The notes beneath the pieces were generated by a model. The model was not told the DNA's origin and searched no databases. It saw nothing but the letters and a program-made list of their open reading frames with translations. Below, piece by piece: positions 37,360-49,900 of a stretch of 64,000 bases of DNA (the stretch's first letter is position 1; each line of letters begins with the position of its first letter). Source of the DNA: Paraspadella gotoi (lineage: Eukaryota; Animalia; Chaetognatha); NCBI GenBank assembly GCA_051294375.1, contig JBJCIZ010000042.1:89970-153969 (forward strand), given 5' to 3'. A program made the position numbers and the translations under genes.

Positions 37360-40300
37360 GTTGACTGACAGTATCTTTGCTAACACTCAGAGCTGTTTTG
37401 CAGGCTCTTATCTCTCGGCTGGCAGGACGATAATTGGCGAGAAAACTGTTTCTACAGAAATTCAACCAAAGTTAGTTGCCATCATGATGGTCCCAAGATC
37501 GATAGGATAGGGGTGACAATGAAGTAGCCTCCTTCATTTGCTTGTAGCCCTGGAATAATACCTCTCTAGTATATGTTTCCAGTCTCTGTCGGGCGCACCC
37601 ATAACTTGTTTTATTATTACATCAGACAACATATCGACGCGACAGGATGACTGAATCATGGATTCCGTCTAGATGTGGCTCCGCCCGCTACGTGCGTCAG
37701 GCGCTCGAGTACTGTGCTAAGCGTGGACTCTAATCACAATAGCAGGGTACCTCTCCTACACTGTGGCATTTATCCGCCGGGCTCTTAGACTGCCCGCAGC
37801 GGTGGCCCAGATCTTCTGTTAGCCCCTTGCTCTTTCTACCTTTTCTTTTGAGTATGCTGGGGGCTGGATCCCTTCCCTCGGAGCAGGGGCTCGCGTTCGT
37901 GGACAATCTCTCTGACCCTTATGTTGCTCACAGTAATAGGTGGTAGACCTTCATCACTGTGAGTATCCTAAGGAAGCCTCTTTGGGTTCCTCTCTGTGTC
38001 GAATGACATCCCGTCTAATAATGTACTCGAATATGACGCGGCGATTCAGAAGACGAGCGCATGGTTAAGGCTATTGCTAGTGCTCCATGGAAAGTCGACC
38101 TGGGGGCAAGGCCGTACCCTACTCGACAAGAATTGATTGTTGGACGTGGCCTCGTCCGTCCGTCCTGTTTGTGAGACACCGTAATATCTTCTAGGCAGGT
38201 CTATCTTGGAGATGTATTACTCCGGGCCTGGCGATTCGTATCATCGTCTTGTTATCAGAGTAACGTCTGCCAAAATTGCCTCTATTCGGGTACCTTAAGA
38301 GAAATTGGTAAGGAGAAGCCTCAGAATATGGCATTCACGGTCAACAGTGTAGACCTTTGGTTAAGCATGAGGCGTGGATATACGTGATAAACACACACGG
38401 GCGACGAATCGCAGGAATTGCACGATACGTTTGCGCAGTTCCGAGGGGCCAAGTTTATGACTGACGCCGAATCGTGACTACTAAAAAATTTTCTAAATCG
38501 TAAGAGAGCTCCATTTGCTCATAGCTGATATAAGCCAATTACTCCTTTTATTTGATGGTCGGTATTAGCCTGCTGTTGGTTGAACATACGGAGATACGGA
38601 AAGTGACTCCCACGCGTAAACACCATCAACTTTCTATCGCGAACGTGAAAGGCTGCGCATAACTGTTCAGAAGCGTCCCTGAATAATAAAAATCAACTTT
38701 TGTTGAGCTGTCATCCTGAACCAAGTAAATGCTACATTGTGTTTAGTCACAGGGTGCAGCAGCTCTCCAAATGCGTTATCATCTTCCGGGTCAGCTTGAA
38801 GCGAGTGAAGTTTCTCTCTGTTCTTTCACAGCTCTCAGTTACAGCTTCTTTGTGCTTATATGGTGCGATAACCTCGGGTAAAAGCAGATCACTGCGTAAA
38901 AGCTTAAGGATTTGTTCAACTTGGAGCACCTTTTTACCAGGCTAGAGGGAGGCGTCTGAAGAATAATCAGAGATCTTTTCTTGCCTGGGAGAATATTTTT
39001 CTGCGGCTCTCGTAACGTAGGAAATGCGCTCAGCCGAGAAACTGGAAAGGCGTTGTCCTTTTCTTCCACATTTCATTGGCGACGCAGCGACTTCCCCTGG
39101 GCTCTTAGCAAGCAAGGTTCTGTATGCTTTGCATTTTCCAAAGAAAATCCTGTACTGCTTCTATGCTTTCGTCCACTCGTATGGGCTTTAAGTGAAAAAT
39201 TATCAGCATAGACAGGTGACGGTCCGCACAATAGCACAAAAGCATGTCTCAGGCGCGTGGGTGGTTCCCCACAACTCGCCGATGCCGTGGGGAAAGATGG
39301 TGCTGACCCCCATAGTACGCCCTCGGAAGTTGTATGATTTCATATCTGCGCCGTTATCATGGCCATTATTCCTCCTGCAGTTTCACTGACAAGGGTATCT
39401 ATAAAAAAAAGTTACTGAAATCCAACGGGTAAGTAACTAGCAGTCTTTTTCCATGTAAAATCATCATCTGCCCTCATTAACTGACCAAGTTAGTTAGAGA
39501 AAGGCTTCATGGCTTTTGCTTGAGGTTGGGCTTGGTCGGCCACTAGTTCGGAAAGTTAAGCCGCGGACATCCTCATCAGTAGCTCCCTTAATTGATCTAT
39601 AGAGCGTAATTTGCAATTCTTGTTTCTTCGCTATAACGAAAGCTTATGATGGCGACAGAGGAATATCGTTGAATGGTCTTCTAGAACATAGTCTCTTAGC
39701 AAAATGTCTATGTCCAGCGTGACAAAAGCCTCCTTCTGTAATCAATCCTTTGGCCTAGCGCTGACGTTCTCACTACGTTCATCGATAACTGCTATGATAA
39801 ATAGGTACTCCGGACTTCCTGCCTCAGACGAAAAGTGCTGAAATTTGCTTGCAAAACTTACAGCGGTATCCAAGAAAAGCGTTCTCGCACCTTTTTCTTT
39901 GCGCTTTCCGTTAGCCGATTTCCCACTTGCCACTTTCGTCCAGGAATAGCCTTGTTTTTCCTATCCCAATATGTGCCGCATGTCATTTATAGCTTGCCGC
40001 TGTCCTAGCTTCAGTCCGTGTTCTCTGCTGTTTACTCGTATTTCTGGTAATATGGATTTGATTGTTTCACCTTTCGAGACCTTGTGTTGCTCCAATAAGG
40101 TACTTCCTTATGTCTTGATCATCACGATTGGGTCCAATTTCTGTAAACAAACCAATCAGGCGCCGTGGCTCCACCATCATCATGGGTTTATCCTCATCTT
40201 CGTCCCGAAGAATGGATTCCCACTTCTCTTCTCTTCCACTGGTAACCAGGTAGGTGTGGGAACGTGTTCCCGAAGTTCATTCCATAGGATGATGCTACCT

Positions 40301-43300
40301 GCGCTGAAAGGACATGGCAGAGAAGCTCATCCCTTCAGCTGTTTGTCCGCGGACCGTTTTATGTTACCAGCGACTACCAGTCCTGGCTGGAGAATGACTT
40401 GTATCGTGGGTACATTCCGAAGGACAAGACCAAAGGGTTCTTGTAATAATCATGCCTTTCATTGATCAAGAGGTCCAGGCGTAGACTTCCAGCGGACGTC
40501 CTTATATACCATTTTAAAATGGCGGCTGGTGTTGTTAAAGCGCCTTACCACGCTTCGCGCCTGTATAAACGCTGACCAGTATGCTCTGCCTGGCTTAAGC
40601 ATTTCTTCACGCTTCGGATATTTGTGGTCTCCATGACTGAAGTGTAGCAACGCTCCAGAAGTTAACATGATTCTCTGCATCCCAGACCCATACATCGAGT
40701 GGAATACGCCACATTTTTAGTGCAGTGTCGACGGCATGGTTTTATCCAGGGTAAAGTTGTAGGTATCTAGGAACGATTCCCTATCCAGGTAAGAGTCCTG
40801 AGGATAATTAGAAACCATCGATAAATCATTAAGGTTATCACTACCTTCACGACAATCAGGGTCTACCAGAGCATTAGCCCGCTGTTTGAATGCGACTATC
40901 CCATTAGCAGTCCTAATTGATGAGGTAACTCCCGGGGTTATTGCTGCAGATAATCTTTTTGCCATGTACTGATATAATAGACGAAGTTGCTCCTTGTATC
41001 AATGGCCATTTCACTATTCTGTGTGGGTCAGAGAAAATCCTACCAAATAGAGCATTTGGCCTTCTGACTTTTGCTCTGTATTTAGCACTTGCTGGACATG
41101 AACCCAGTTACCAGATTTTATTAAGTTGTGAGGATGTCCATTGGTTCTGCATATTTTCGTTATTGATCTTTCTTGTTGGGGATTACAGAAGACTCTTTTT
41201 TCAGCTATGAGGAAAGCACTGGTGACCTCAACCTGTTCCGCTAAGATTTTGCCTCGTTCCTCTCCTAGCTGTAATCCATGTGAGTTGATTATTTCACTTA
41301 TATTAGCCTTAATAATTTCGTGGGTTTATGGCTGTGATCAGGCTGGTATAAACTGGCCAATGCCTATCAGGCATGCTGTTTTTGGTGCTAGTATCCAAAA
41401 AAATCCAAGGGATTTTCCATTATTTTTCAATTTTTCCCCTGGGGGAGCCCGCCCGGGGGGAGTGCCCAATTTTGCGCCTATGGGGAGACTGGATTCGGCG
41501 CGGCGAATACTTGTTTCCCTTTTGTTCGCGTGGGATCAAGGTGATTGAATTTTTGATCTTCGTCGGGCCCTTAGCCAGCAGACTGCTCGTTTTTGCAATT
41601 CTAGTTCCCGACTATTTCCATCTGCCTCTGCTAGGCTGATGCCGTTTAGACAGCCCGGATTGTCAATCTGCGTCTCCTCGTTCGCCCCGCGGCGCCAACA
41701 GGAGATCTCGCAATTCGGCGCGCATCTGAAGGAGTGGGGCGAAACATGGCGGGACGTCAAGGCGAACGCCACATGGTGGCGTGCGGGCGTCTTTTCCTTG
41801 CTTTCTATTCGGAGGCCTCACGCAATGTAAACATCCGTACATTCATCAAAAATCAATAGAAACATCATTCAGCCATATTATTGTTAGTGGAAAATTACCA
41901 ATCATATTACATAAATGTTTATGTCAACAGTCGGCCGCGGAAGCCGCCGCTTCGACCGACGGCGCCGCCCGGGAGATCCCCCGAAGTGGTCTCGAATGGA
42001 TTCGTCAGGTGTGATCTAAGAGAAGTGAAGGCGTGCAGTTAAGATGTTTAAATATGTACATCGGAAAATTTCTTTGCGCCAGCTGTTTTGGAGAAGCGTC
42101 GACGAAAATTGCCAAAGTATCTCCCCCGGGGGACGCCGCTGAAACGTCAATCCGGTATGTGGCGGTTGCGTGCTGCTGCTGTGCTGCCTGCGGCACATTT
42201 CGGGCAATATTCTCGTGATGTGGTCGTTCTCTTGCCCGCCCACAGCACACTAGTAATCCTGATATGGGCAGCAGCGTCAAACATGTTTGTTGATGAGCCG
42301 ACAATTCAAACAGACTCGACTCGAAAAATCCGCGCGCGTTGCTCGCCATTCTAGCGTTCATCCGTTTGCTGATCGCGCGGCGCCGGAAGACGATTCCAAC
42401 TTTCTTTGCGGAACGTGACCGACTCCATCTGCCGCGGACATAGCTGACCGAACGCGACGGGGGCGCTCTGCTGCGGCTGCGTTATGTTGCGCCAAGGCGG
42501 CAAATGCGAAACATGTTGCGCCAGTGGGGCGAGGTGGCGGCGGGCTGTTGGTTGTTGCTGATTCTGCTTGGAACTGGGTGGGCGTGGCCCGAAATGGACG
42601 TTATTGTGCACTTCGTTGCCCGTGCTGACGCGCATCTCTCCCCTGACAACTTTTTTCTTTCTCTGTTTTCTAACAAGTCTCTGCACGGTAAGTGCCATGT
42701 CCGCCAAATTTTGAAAGGGGAAGGCGTAGCTTATCACCCACCCAAGCTGAAATTTGCCACCATCAATAATCGACCTCTTATTCATGGAGCGACGATTGCT
42801 GATTTGGGGCCGGACGGCCCCCCATTTTATGCATCTAGATGCATTCATAGCATTTTTTCCCAAACGCTTCAGCCAATCTGCTGCGTTCTTCTCCGTCTTT
42901 TCTCGTCATGTGAATAAATCTGGCGTTCTCGCTCAAGCTGTTTGTGTCGAAGTCACAGACCTCGAGGACCTTAATATTTCGGCGATGGTCCGGGTCTGGC
43001 AGTCCAGTCCAGCCTTCTCAAGCTCATGGAGAAGGCGAGCTATACACGGCACTTGTGAGGCGTCGCAGGAAGAGCTCCGACGCCCACCTTTTAGCGTCCG
43101 TGCCTTCATGAGAAGCGCCGTTGGCACAAAACGTTCTCAACGACTGAGATAATCTGTTAAACGTCGGTGTGGTGCCTCTCTCCCTTGGAAAAAACTTTGC
43201 TTCATGTCGTCAAGGTAACGCGACGCGTCTGACGACGTTTCCGGCGGTCATCTCCACCTGCCAAAAAGAAATGACCTCGATGCTTTCTCTTAACGGCACG

Positions 43301-44661
43301 CCTCTGATCGCTTGTCTCCGGCGCGCTCTCTGGCGGCGTTATCGCCCCGCCGTGAAGCCTCGAACGCCGCTGACCATCGATTTCACTTCTTTCAATCGTC
43401 TCTATACTTTTCTCCTTTGGCCCTACGGCGCGGCTTCAGGCATCTCTCTCAGTCTCTCAAACCTCGCCTCCGTCGCCGATTTCTTTTTTCAGCGGTGAAA
43501 AACCCGCTTGAGCGGACGCCATCTGAAGCGTCTCGCCGGGAAAAAGGGCGCTTAACTGCCGTCGATTGTGGCAAGGAAGCCGTTTCATCGATTCGTCGCG
43601 CGCTATCTGCCTCTGTTAAACTGGAAGTGGCCACTGACGCGGCGTCGTCTTCCGTTTTGCGCTTCCTTAGCTCGACGGACGCCTGGGCGTTTTTGGTGTG
43701 GATCTGGATTCTAGCGCCTCCCGCAGCTCGGCGTTTTCCCGCGCTAAATCTGTATTCTGGTCTTTGTAGTTGACCATTTCCAATTCAGCGTCATCTAACG
43801 CCCGTTTCAATTGCTCGTTCTCGCCGTGGATCATCGACGACTGTGACGCCGCAGAGGCCAAGTCCTGCTGCAGTTTTTCATTATCCGTCCGCACCACATT
43901 GAGCAGCTGAAGGCGCTCTCGTACGGATTTTATTTTGTCCTCCTTGGATGAGTCCGAATTGAAGGGGGGCGGCGTTTGGCGCCGGACGGAAAATTGTGGG
44001 AGCGACGCCCATGATTCCGAATGGGGCGTTCGATCAGCGCTCGGGTCACGTGATCGGGAACGCGCTCGTTGCATCGTCTGCCGGCTGTAATCCAGGGAAT
44101 CTGCACGTGAAAGGCCGCGGCCGCGCGGTCTCGTCTCTTCCTTTTCTCTATCGCTCTCCGGAATCACTTCCAGTGGCACCGTGATCGCCTTCTGTGGCTC
44201 CGCCATGTTTATTACCCTCCTGTTTGGGCGTGGCGAGAAAAGCGGGAGCGCGGGGACTCGAAAGCGTCGCCTAAAAAAATCAATCTTGCCGGCGTCTACT
44301 TTTCTTACTTTTCACTTTTTTTCTCTCTCTTTTCTTTTTTCTCTTTTCTCCTCTTTCCTCTTTTCTCCTCTTTCCTCCTTTCTCTCTCGATCCGAAAAAA
44401 AGGAAAAAAAGCGAAACGAAAAAAAAAAACGTGCGAGAAGTGGGGTAAGTAAAATTCTCTCTCTTTCTACTTATCTTCTTATTTCTTCACGCCGACGGGG
44501 GAATTCTCAGAAATGAGATTGCGGCGTCGGGAAGAGAGAGAGAATAAAAAAATTAAATTCAAAACGAATTCAAAACGCGACTAAAAGTGGGCGCGTTGCT
44601 TATCTCGAGGCGTCCGACTCGTCACCGGAAGCAGCCGTCTCTGTTCTATTGGCATCCGCGC
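37360..44661 (-). mobile_element. Inverted copy 4 (end of ORF E, gag, pol up to the linker), mirror image of copy 3
   Basis: Minus ORFs MAEPQKAITVPLEV (43667..44206) and MAKRLSAAITPGVTSS (40717..40965); YADN at 39199-39210. Confidence 0.85.
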
Positions 44662-46687
44662 NNNNNNNNNNNNNNNNNNNNNNNNNNNNNNNNNNNNNNN
44701 NNNNNNNNNNNNNNNNNNNNNNNNNNNNNNNNNNNNNNNNNNNNNNNNNNNNNNNNNNNNNTGGACTTCTCCGTCGAGAGAAGGGCCCTGCAGAAGAAAA
44801 GTGGAAGAGGAGGGAAACGACGTTTTCCCTGGCCTTCTCAGACAGGAGAAGGGCCGCGCTAAGAGAGAAGGGAAACNNNNNNNNNNCCTGGACTTCTCTG
44901 CCGAGAGAAGGGCCGCGCAAAGAAAAAAAGTAAGTAAGAAGGGAAACGACGTTTTTCCCTGGACTTCTCTGACAGGAGAAGGGCCGCGTTAGAGTGAAAG
45001 AGAAGGGAAACGGCGTTTTTTTTCCCCTGGACTTCTCTGTTAGGAGAAGGGCCGCNNNNNNNNNNNNNNNNNNNNNNNNNNNNNNNNNNNNNNNNNNNNN
45101 NNNNNNNNNNNNNNNNNNNNNNNNNNNNNNNNNNNNNNNNNNNNNNNNNNNNNNNNNNNNNNNNNNNNNNNNNNNNNNNNNNNNNNNNNNNNNNNNNNNN
45201 NNNNNNNNNNNNNNNNNNNNNNNNNNNNNNNNNNNNNNNNNNNNNNNNNNNNNNNNNNNNNNNNNNNNNNNNNNNNNNNNNNNNNNNNNNNNNNNNNNNN
45301 NNNNNNNNNNNNNNNNNNNNNNNNNNNNNNNNNNNNNNNNNNNNNNNNNNNNNNNNNNNNNNNNNNNNNNNNNNNGACGTGCGGGAGCTCGCCGCCGACG
45401 TCTCTGTCTGAGCCGGAAGACCTGACGTGTCCGCCTACGCAGTCGCCGCCGAAAGAGCAGCGTATAGAGAGAGAGTAGGTCCTTTTGTGCCGGCCGGATG
45501 CCGAGAACGGAGGCGGTCACCGTNNNNNNNNNNNNNNNNNNNNNNNNNNNNNNNNNNNNNNNNNNNNNNNNNNNNNNNNNNNNNNNNNNNNNNNNNNNNN
45601 NNNNNNNNNNNNNNNNNNCCGCCCTCCGCCAGTTTGACGACGCCAAAGCGAAAGCGGACAAATCGGGGGCGTAAGAGAAAAGAGGAGGAAAGAGAGAAGT
45701 TTCAAAGCTTCCCTTTTGTTGTTTTACATGCTCTGTNNNNNNNNNNNNNNNNNNNNNNNNNNNNNNNNNNNNNNNNNNNNNNNNNNNNNNNNNNNNNNNN
45801 NNNNNNNNNNNNNNNNNNNNNNNNNNNNNNNNNNNNNNNNNNNNNNNNNNNNNNNNNNNNNNNNNNNNNNNNNNNNNNNNNNNNNNNNNNNNNNNNNNNN
45901 NNNNNNNNNNNNNNNNNNNNCTATGTACGCCGCCCTTGGCTTTGCCCCGACCGCGGTACCGCTCGCTAAAGCCGACAAGGATCCGGTCCCGCCGTCGCCG
46001 AAAGCATCTGAAAAAAAGAGAGAGAATTAAGATTGAGGTCACGAGTACNNNNNNNNNNNNNNNNNNNNNNNNNNNNNNNNNNNNNNNNNNNNNNNNNNNN
46101 NNNNNNNNNNNNNNNNNNNNNNNNNNNNNNNATTTCTCGTTTCTATCGACTTTAAATTTTGTCGCTTTCTCTAAAAGGTCGGACTGACCTCCGCATTCCG
46201 AGACCCGATCGGCCGAAAATTTCNNNNNNNNNNNNNNNNNNNNNNNNNNNNNNNNNNNNNNNNNNNNNNNNNNNNNNNNNNNNNNNNNNNNNNNNNNNNN
46301 NNNNNNNNNNNNNGGGTTAAGAGAAAGAACGAGAATAAGATAACCGACGCCGACACAAAGGAAATAAAATTTTAAAAGTCGTTTCAAAAATTCGGGAATT
46401 AGGTGATAAATCGGGCTGATNNNNNNNNNNNNNNNNNNNNNNNNNNNNNNNNNNNNNNNNNNNNNNNNNNNNNNNNNNNNNNNNNNNNNNNNNNNNNNNN
46501 NNNNNNNNNNNNNNNNNNNNNNNNNNNNNNNNNNNNNNNNNNNNNNNNNNNNNNNNNNNNNNNNNNNNNNNNNNNNNNNNNNNNNNNNNNNNNNNNNNNN
46601 NNNNNNNNNNNNNNNNNNNNNNNNNNNNNNNNNNNNNNNNNNNNNNNNNNNNNNNNNNNNNNNNNNNNNNNNNTTACCTTCAGTGAC

Positions 46688-46987
46688 ATGAGTGACGGAC
46701 CGACCGCTCCCGACTCGCGTGTAGCCGACTGCCAACGCCGGCCGAATTTTCGTGACGNNNNNNNNNNCTGGTGGACAACTGAAGAGGCTTATTTGCATGC
46801 TAACGAATGTCCCCAGTGTCGCGTCTACTTCTTCTGCCCTATGTGCGGCTGCTTCTCGCACCCCATCCATCAGTGTCCGTTCGAAGACCNNNNNNNNNNA
46901 GAGGGCCTCTGGGGTTCGGTCTCGGGAGCGGACGCCAATAGGACAGGGACGGCAGCTTCCGGTGACGAGTCGGACGCCTCGAGATAG
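46688..46987 (+). CDS. Accessory ORF E, ~99-aa CxxC + CCHC zinc-knuckle protein
   Basis: H..ECPQC....CPMCGCFSHPIHQC; the last motif is a canonical CX2CX4HX4C. Confidence 0.7.
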   Translation: MSDGPTAPDSRVADCQRRPNFRDXXXXWWTTEEAYLHANECPQCRVYFFCPMCGCFSHPIHQCPFEDXXXXEGLWGSVSGADANRTGTAASGDESDASR

Positions 46988-49900
46988 GCGACGCGCCCAC
47001 TTTTAGTCGCGTTTCGAATTCGTTTTGAATTTAATTTTTTTATTCTCTCTCTCTTTTCCCGACGCCGCGATCTCATTTCTGAGAATTCCCCCGTTGGCGT
47101 GAAGAAACAAGAAGAAAAGTAAAAAGAGAGAGAATTTTACTTACGTACGTTTTTTTATTAGTTTCGCTTTTTTTCCGCCTCTTCGGATCGAGAGAGAAAG
47201 GAGNNNNNNNNNNAAAAGAGGAAAGAGGAGAAAAAGAAAAAAAGAAAAGAGAGAGAAAAAAAGTGGAAAGTAAGAAAAGTAGACGCCGGCAAGATTGATT
47301 TTTTTANNNNNNNNNNNNNNNNNNNNNNNNNNNNNNNNNNNNNNNNNNNNNNNNNCAGGAGGGTAATAAACATGGCGGAGCCACAGAAGGCGATCGCGGC
47401 GCCACCGGAAGTGATCCCGGAGAGCGATAGAGAAAAGGAAGAGACGAGACCGCGTGGCCGCGGCCTTTCACGTGCAGATTCCCTGGACTACAGCCGGCAG
47501 ACGATGCAACGAGCGCGTTCCCGATCACNNNNNNNNNNNNNNNNNNNNNNNNNNNNNNNNNNNNNNNNNNNNNNNNNNNNNNNNNNNNNNNNNNNNNNNN
47601 NNNNNNNNNNNNNNNNNNNNNNNNNNNNNNNNNNNNNNNNNNNNNNNNNNNNNNNNNNNNNNNNNNNNNNNNNNNNNNNNNNNNNNNNNNNNNNNNNNNN
47701 NNNNNNNNNNNNNNNNNTGGCCTCTGCGGCGTCACAGTCGTCGATGATCCACGGCGAAAACGAGCAACTGAAACGGGCGTTAGATGACGCCGAATCGGAA
47801 ATGGTCAACTACAAAGACCAGAATACAGATTTAGCGNNNNNNNNNNNNNNNNNNNNNNNNNNNNNNNNNNNNNNNNNNNNNNNNNNNNNNNNNNNNNNNN
47901 NNNNNNNNNNNNNNNNNNNNNNNNNNNNNNNNNNNNNNNNNNNNNNNNNNNNNNNNNNNNNNNNNNNNNNNNNNNNNNNNNNNNNNNNNNNNNNNNNNNN
48001 NNNNNNNNNNNNNNNNNNNNNNNNNNNNNNNNNNNNNNNNNNNNNNNNNNNNNNNNNNNNNNNNNNNNNCCTTGCCACAATCGACGGCGGTTAAGCGCCC
48101 TTTTTCCCGACGAGACGCTTCAGATGGCGTCCGCTCAGCGCCGGTTTCACCGCTGAAAAAGAAATCGGCGACGGAGGACGAGGTTGAGAGACTGAGAGAG
48201 ATGCTGAAGCGCGCCGAGGCCAAAGGAGAAAANNNNNNNNNNNNNNNNNNNNNNNNNNNNNNNNNNNNNNNNNNNNNNNNNNNNNNNNNNNNNNNNNNNN
48301 NNNNNNNNNNNNNNNNNNNNNNNNNNNNNNNNNNNNNNNNNNNNNNNNNNNNNNNNNNNNNNNNNNNNNNNNNNNNNNNNNNNNNNNNNNNNNNNNNNNN
48401 NNNNNNNNNNNNNNNNNNNNNNNNNNNNNNNNNNNNNNNNNNNNNNNNNNNNNNNNNNNNNNNNNNNNNNNNNNNNNNNNNNNNNNNNNNNNNNNNNNNN
48501 NNNNNNNNNNNNNNNNNNNNNNNNNNNNNNNNNNNNNNNNNNNNNNNNNNNNNNNNNNNNNNNGAACGTTTGTCAACGCCTTCCTCATGAGAGGCACGGA
48601 CGCTAACAAGGTGGCGTCGGAGCTCTTCCTGCACGCCTCACAGTCNNNNNNNNNNTCTGACTTTCTCCATGAGCTGGAGAAGGCTGGACTGGACTGCCAG
48701 ACCCCGACAGTCGCCGAAATATTCAGAGTCCTNNNNNNNNNNGACTTCGACCACAACAGCTTGAGCGAGAACGCCAGATTTTATCACATGACCAGAAAAG
48801 ACGGAGAAGACGCAGCAGATTGGCTGAAGCGTTTGGAAAAATGNNNNNNNNNNNNNNNNNNNNNNNNNNNNNNNNNNNNNNNNNNNNNNNNNNNNNNNNN
48901 NNNNNNNNNNNNNNNNNNNNNNNNNNNNNNNNNNNNNNNNNNNNNNNNNNNNNNNNNNNNNNNNNNNNNNNNNNNNNNNNNNNNNNNNNNNNNNNNNNNN
49001 NNNNNNNNNNNNNNNNNNNNNNNNNNNNNNNNNNNNNCAGGGAGAGATGCGCGTCAGCAGCGGCAACAAGTGCAGCAATACCGTCCATTCGGGCAACGCC
49101 CTCAGCGCCAGTTCCAGCAGAATCAGCAGCAACAACAGCCGCNNNNNNNNNNNNNNCAGCCGGCGCAACATGTCGCATTTGCCGCCTTGGCGCCACATAC
49201 GCAGCCGCAGCAGAGCGCCCCCGTCGCGTTCGGTCAGCCTTATGTCCGCGCAGATGGATCGGTCACGTTCCGCCNNNNNNNNNNNNNNNNNNNNNNNNNA
49301 AACGACGGGAAGACGCCAGCAGATTGGCTGAGTCGTTTGGAAAAGATGCTATTGATGCCATCTATGCCATCAATGGGGCCGCCTCGAGCCCAATACCTAG
49401 CAACTTCGTCAGACTCCATGAGACTAAAGGCCGATTCATTGATCGGTTGGCAAATTTATGTAGGTGATAAGCTACCGCCCCTTTTTCCAAATTTAGGGCG
49501 GACATGGCCTTGACGTGCCAGAGACTTGTTAGAAAAGAAGAAGAGAAAAGTTGTTCAGAGAATGCCGCAGTCAGCGAGCTGGCAACAAGTGCAGCAAATA
49601 CCGTCCAGTTCGGGCAACGCTCTCATGCGCCAGTTCCTAGCAAGAGATCAGCCAGCCAACAACAGCGCCGCCACCTCGGCCCAGCCGCGCGAACATGTCG
49701 CCATTTCTCCAGCCCTTTTGCCGCGCCACATACGCAGCCGCCAGCACGAGCGCCCCCCGTCGCGTGAGTCGCCCGTGCAAGCCTGCATCCCGTCACGTTT
49801 CCGCCAAGAAAGTGGTATCGTCTTCCGGCGACCCTGCTGCGTCATGCACACGCGTAATGCCGCTATGATGTTGAGCACCGCAGCCGATTCTTGAGGTCGA

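Noticed and set aside
21017-43800. Numerous frameshifts suggesting pseudogenisation or programmed frameshifting
   Set aside because: Indels differ between copies and cluster in homopolymers and noisy patches, consistent with sequencing error.
44600-46870. 756-aa minus-strand ORF and other long X-rich ORFs
   Set aside because: Open only because N runs hide stops; antisense to the real ORFs.
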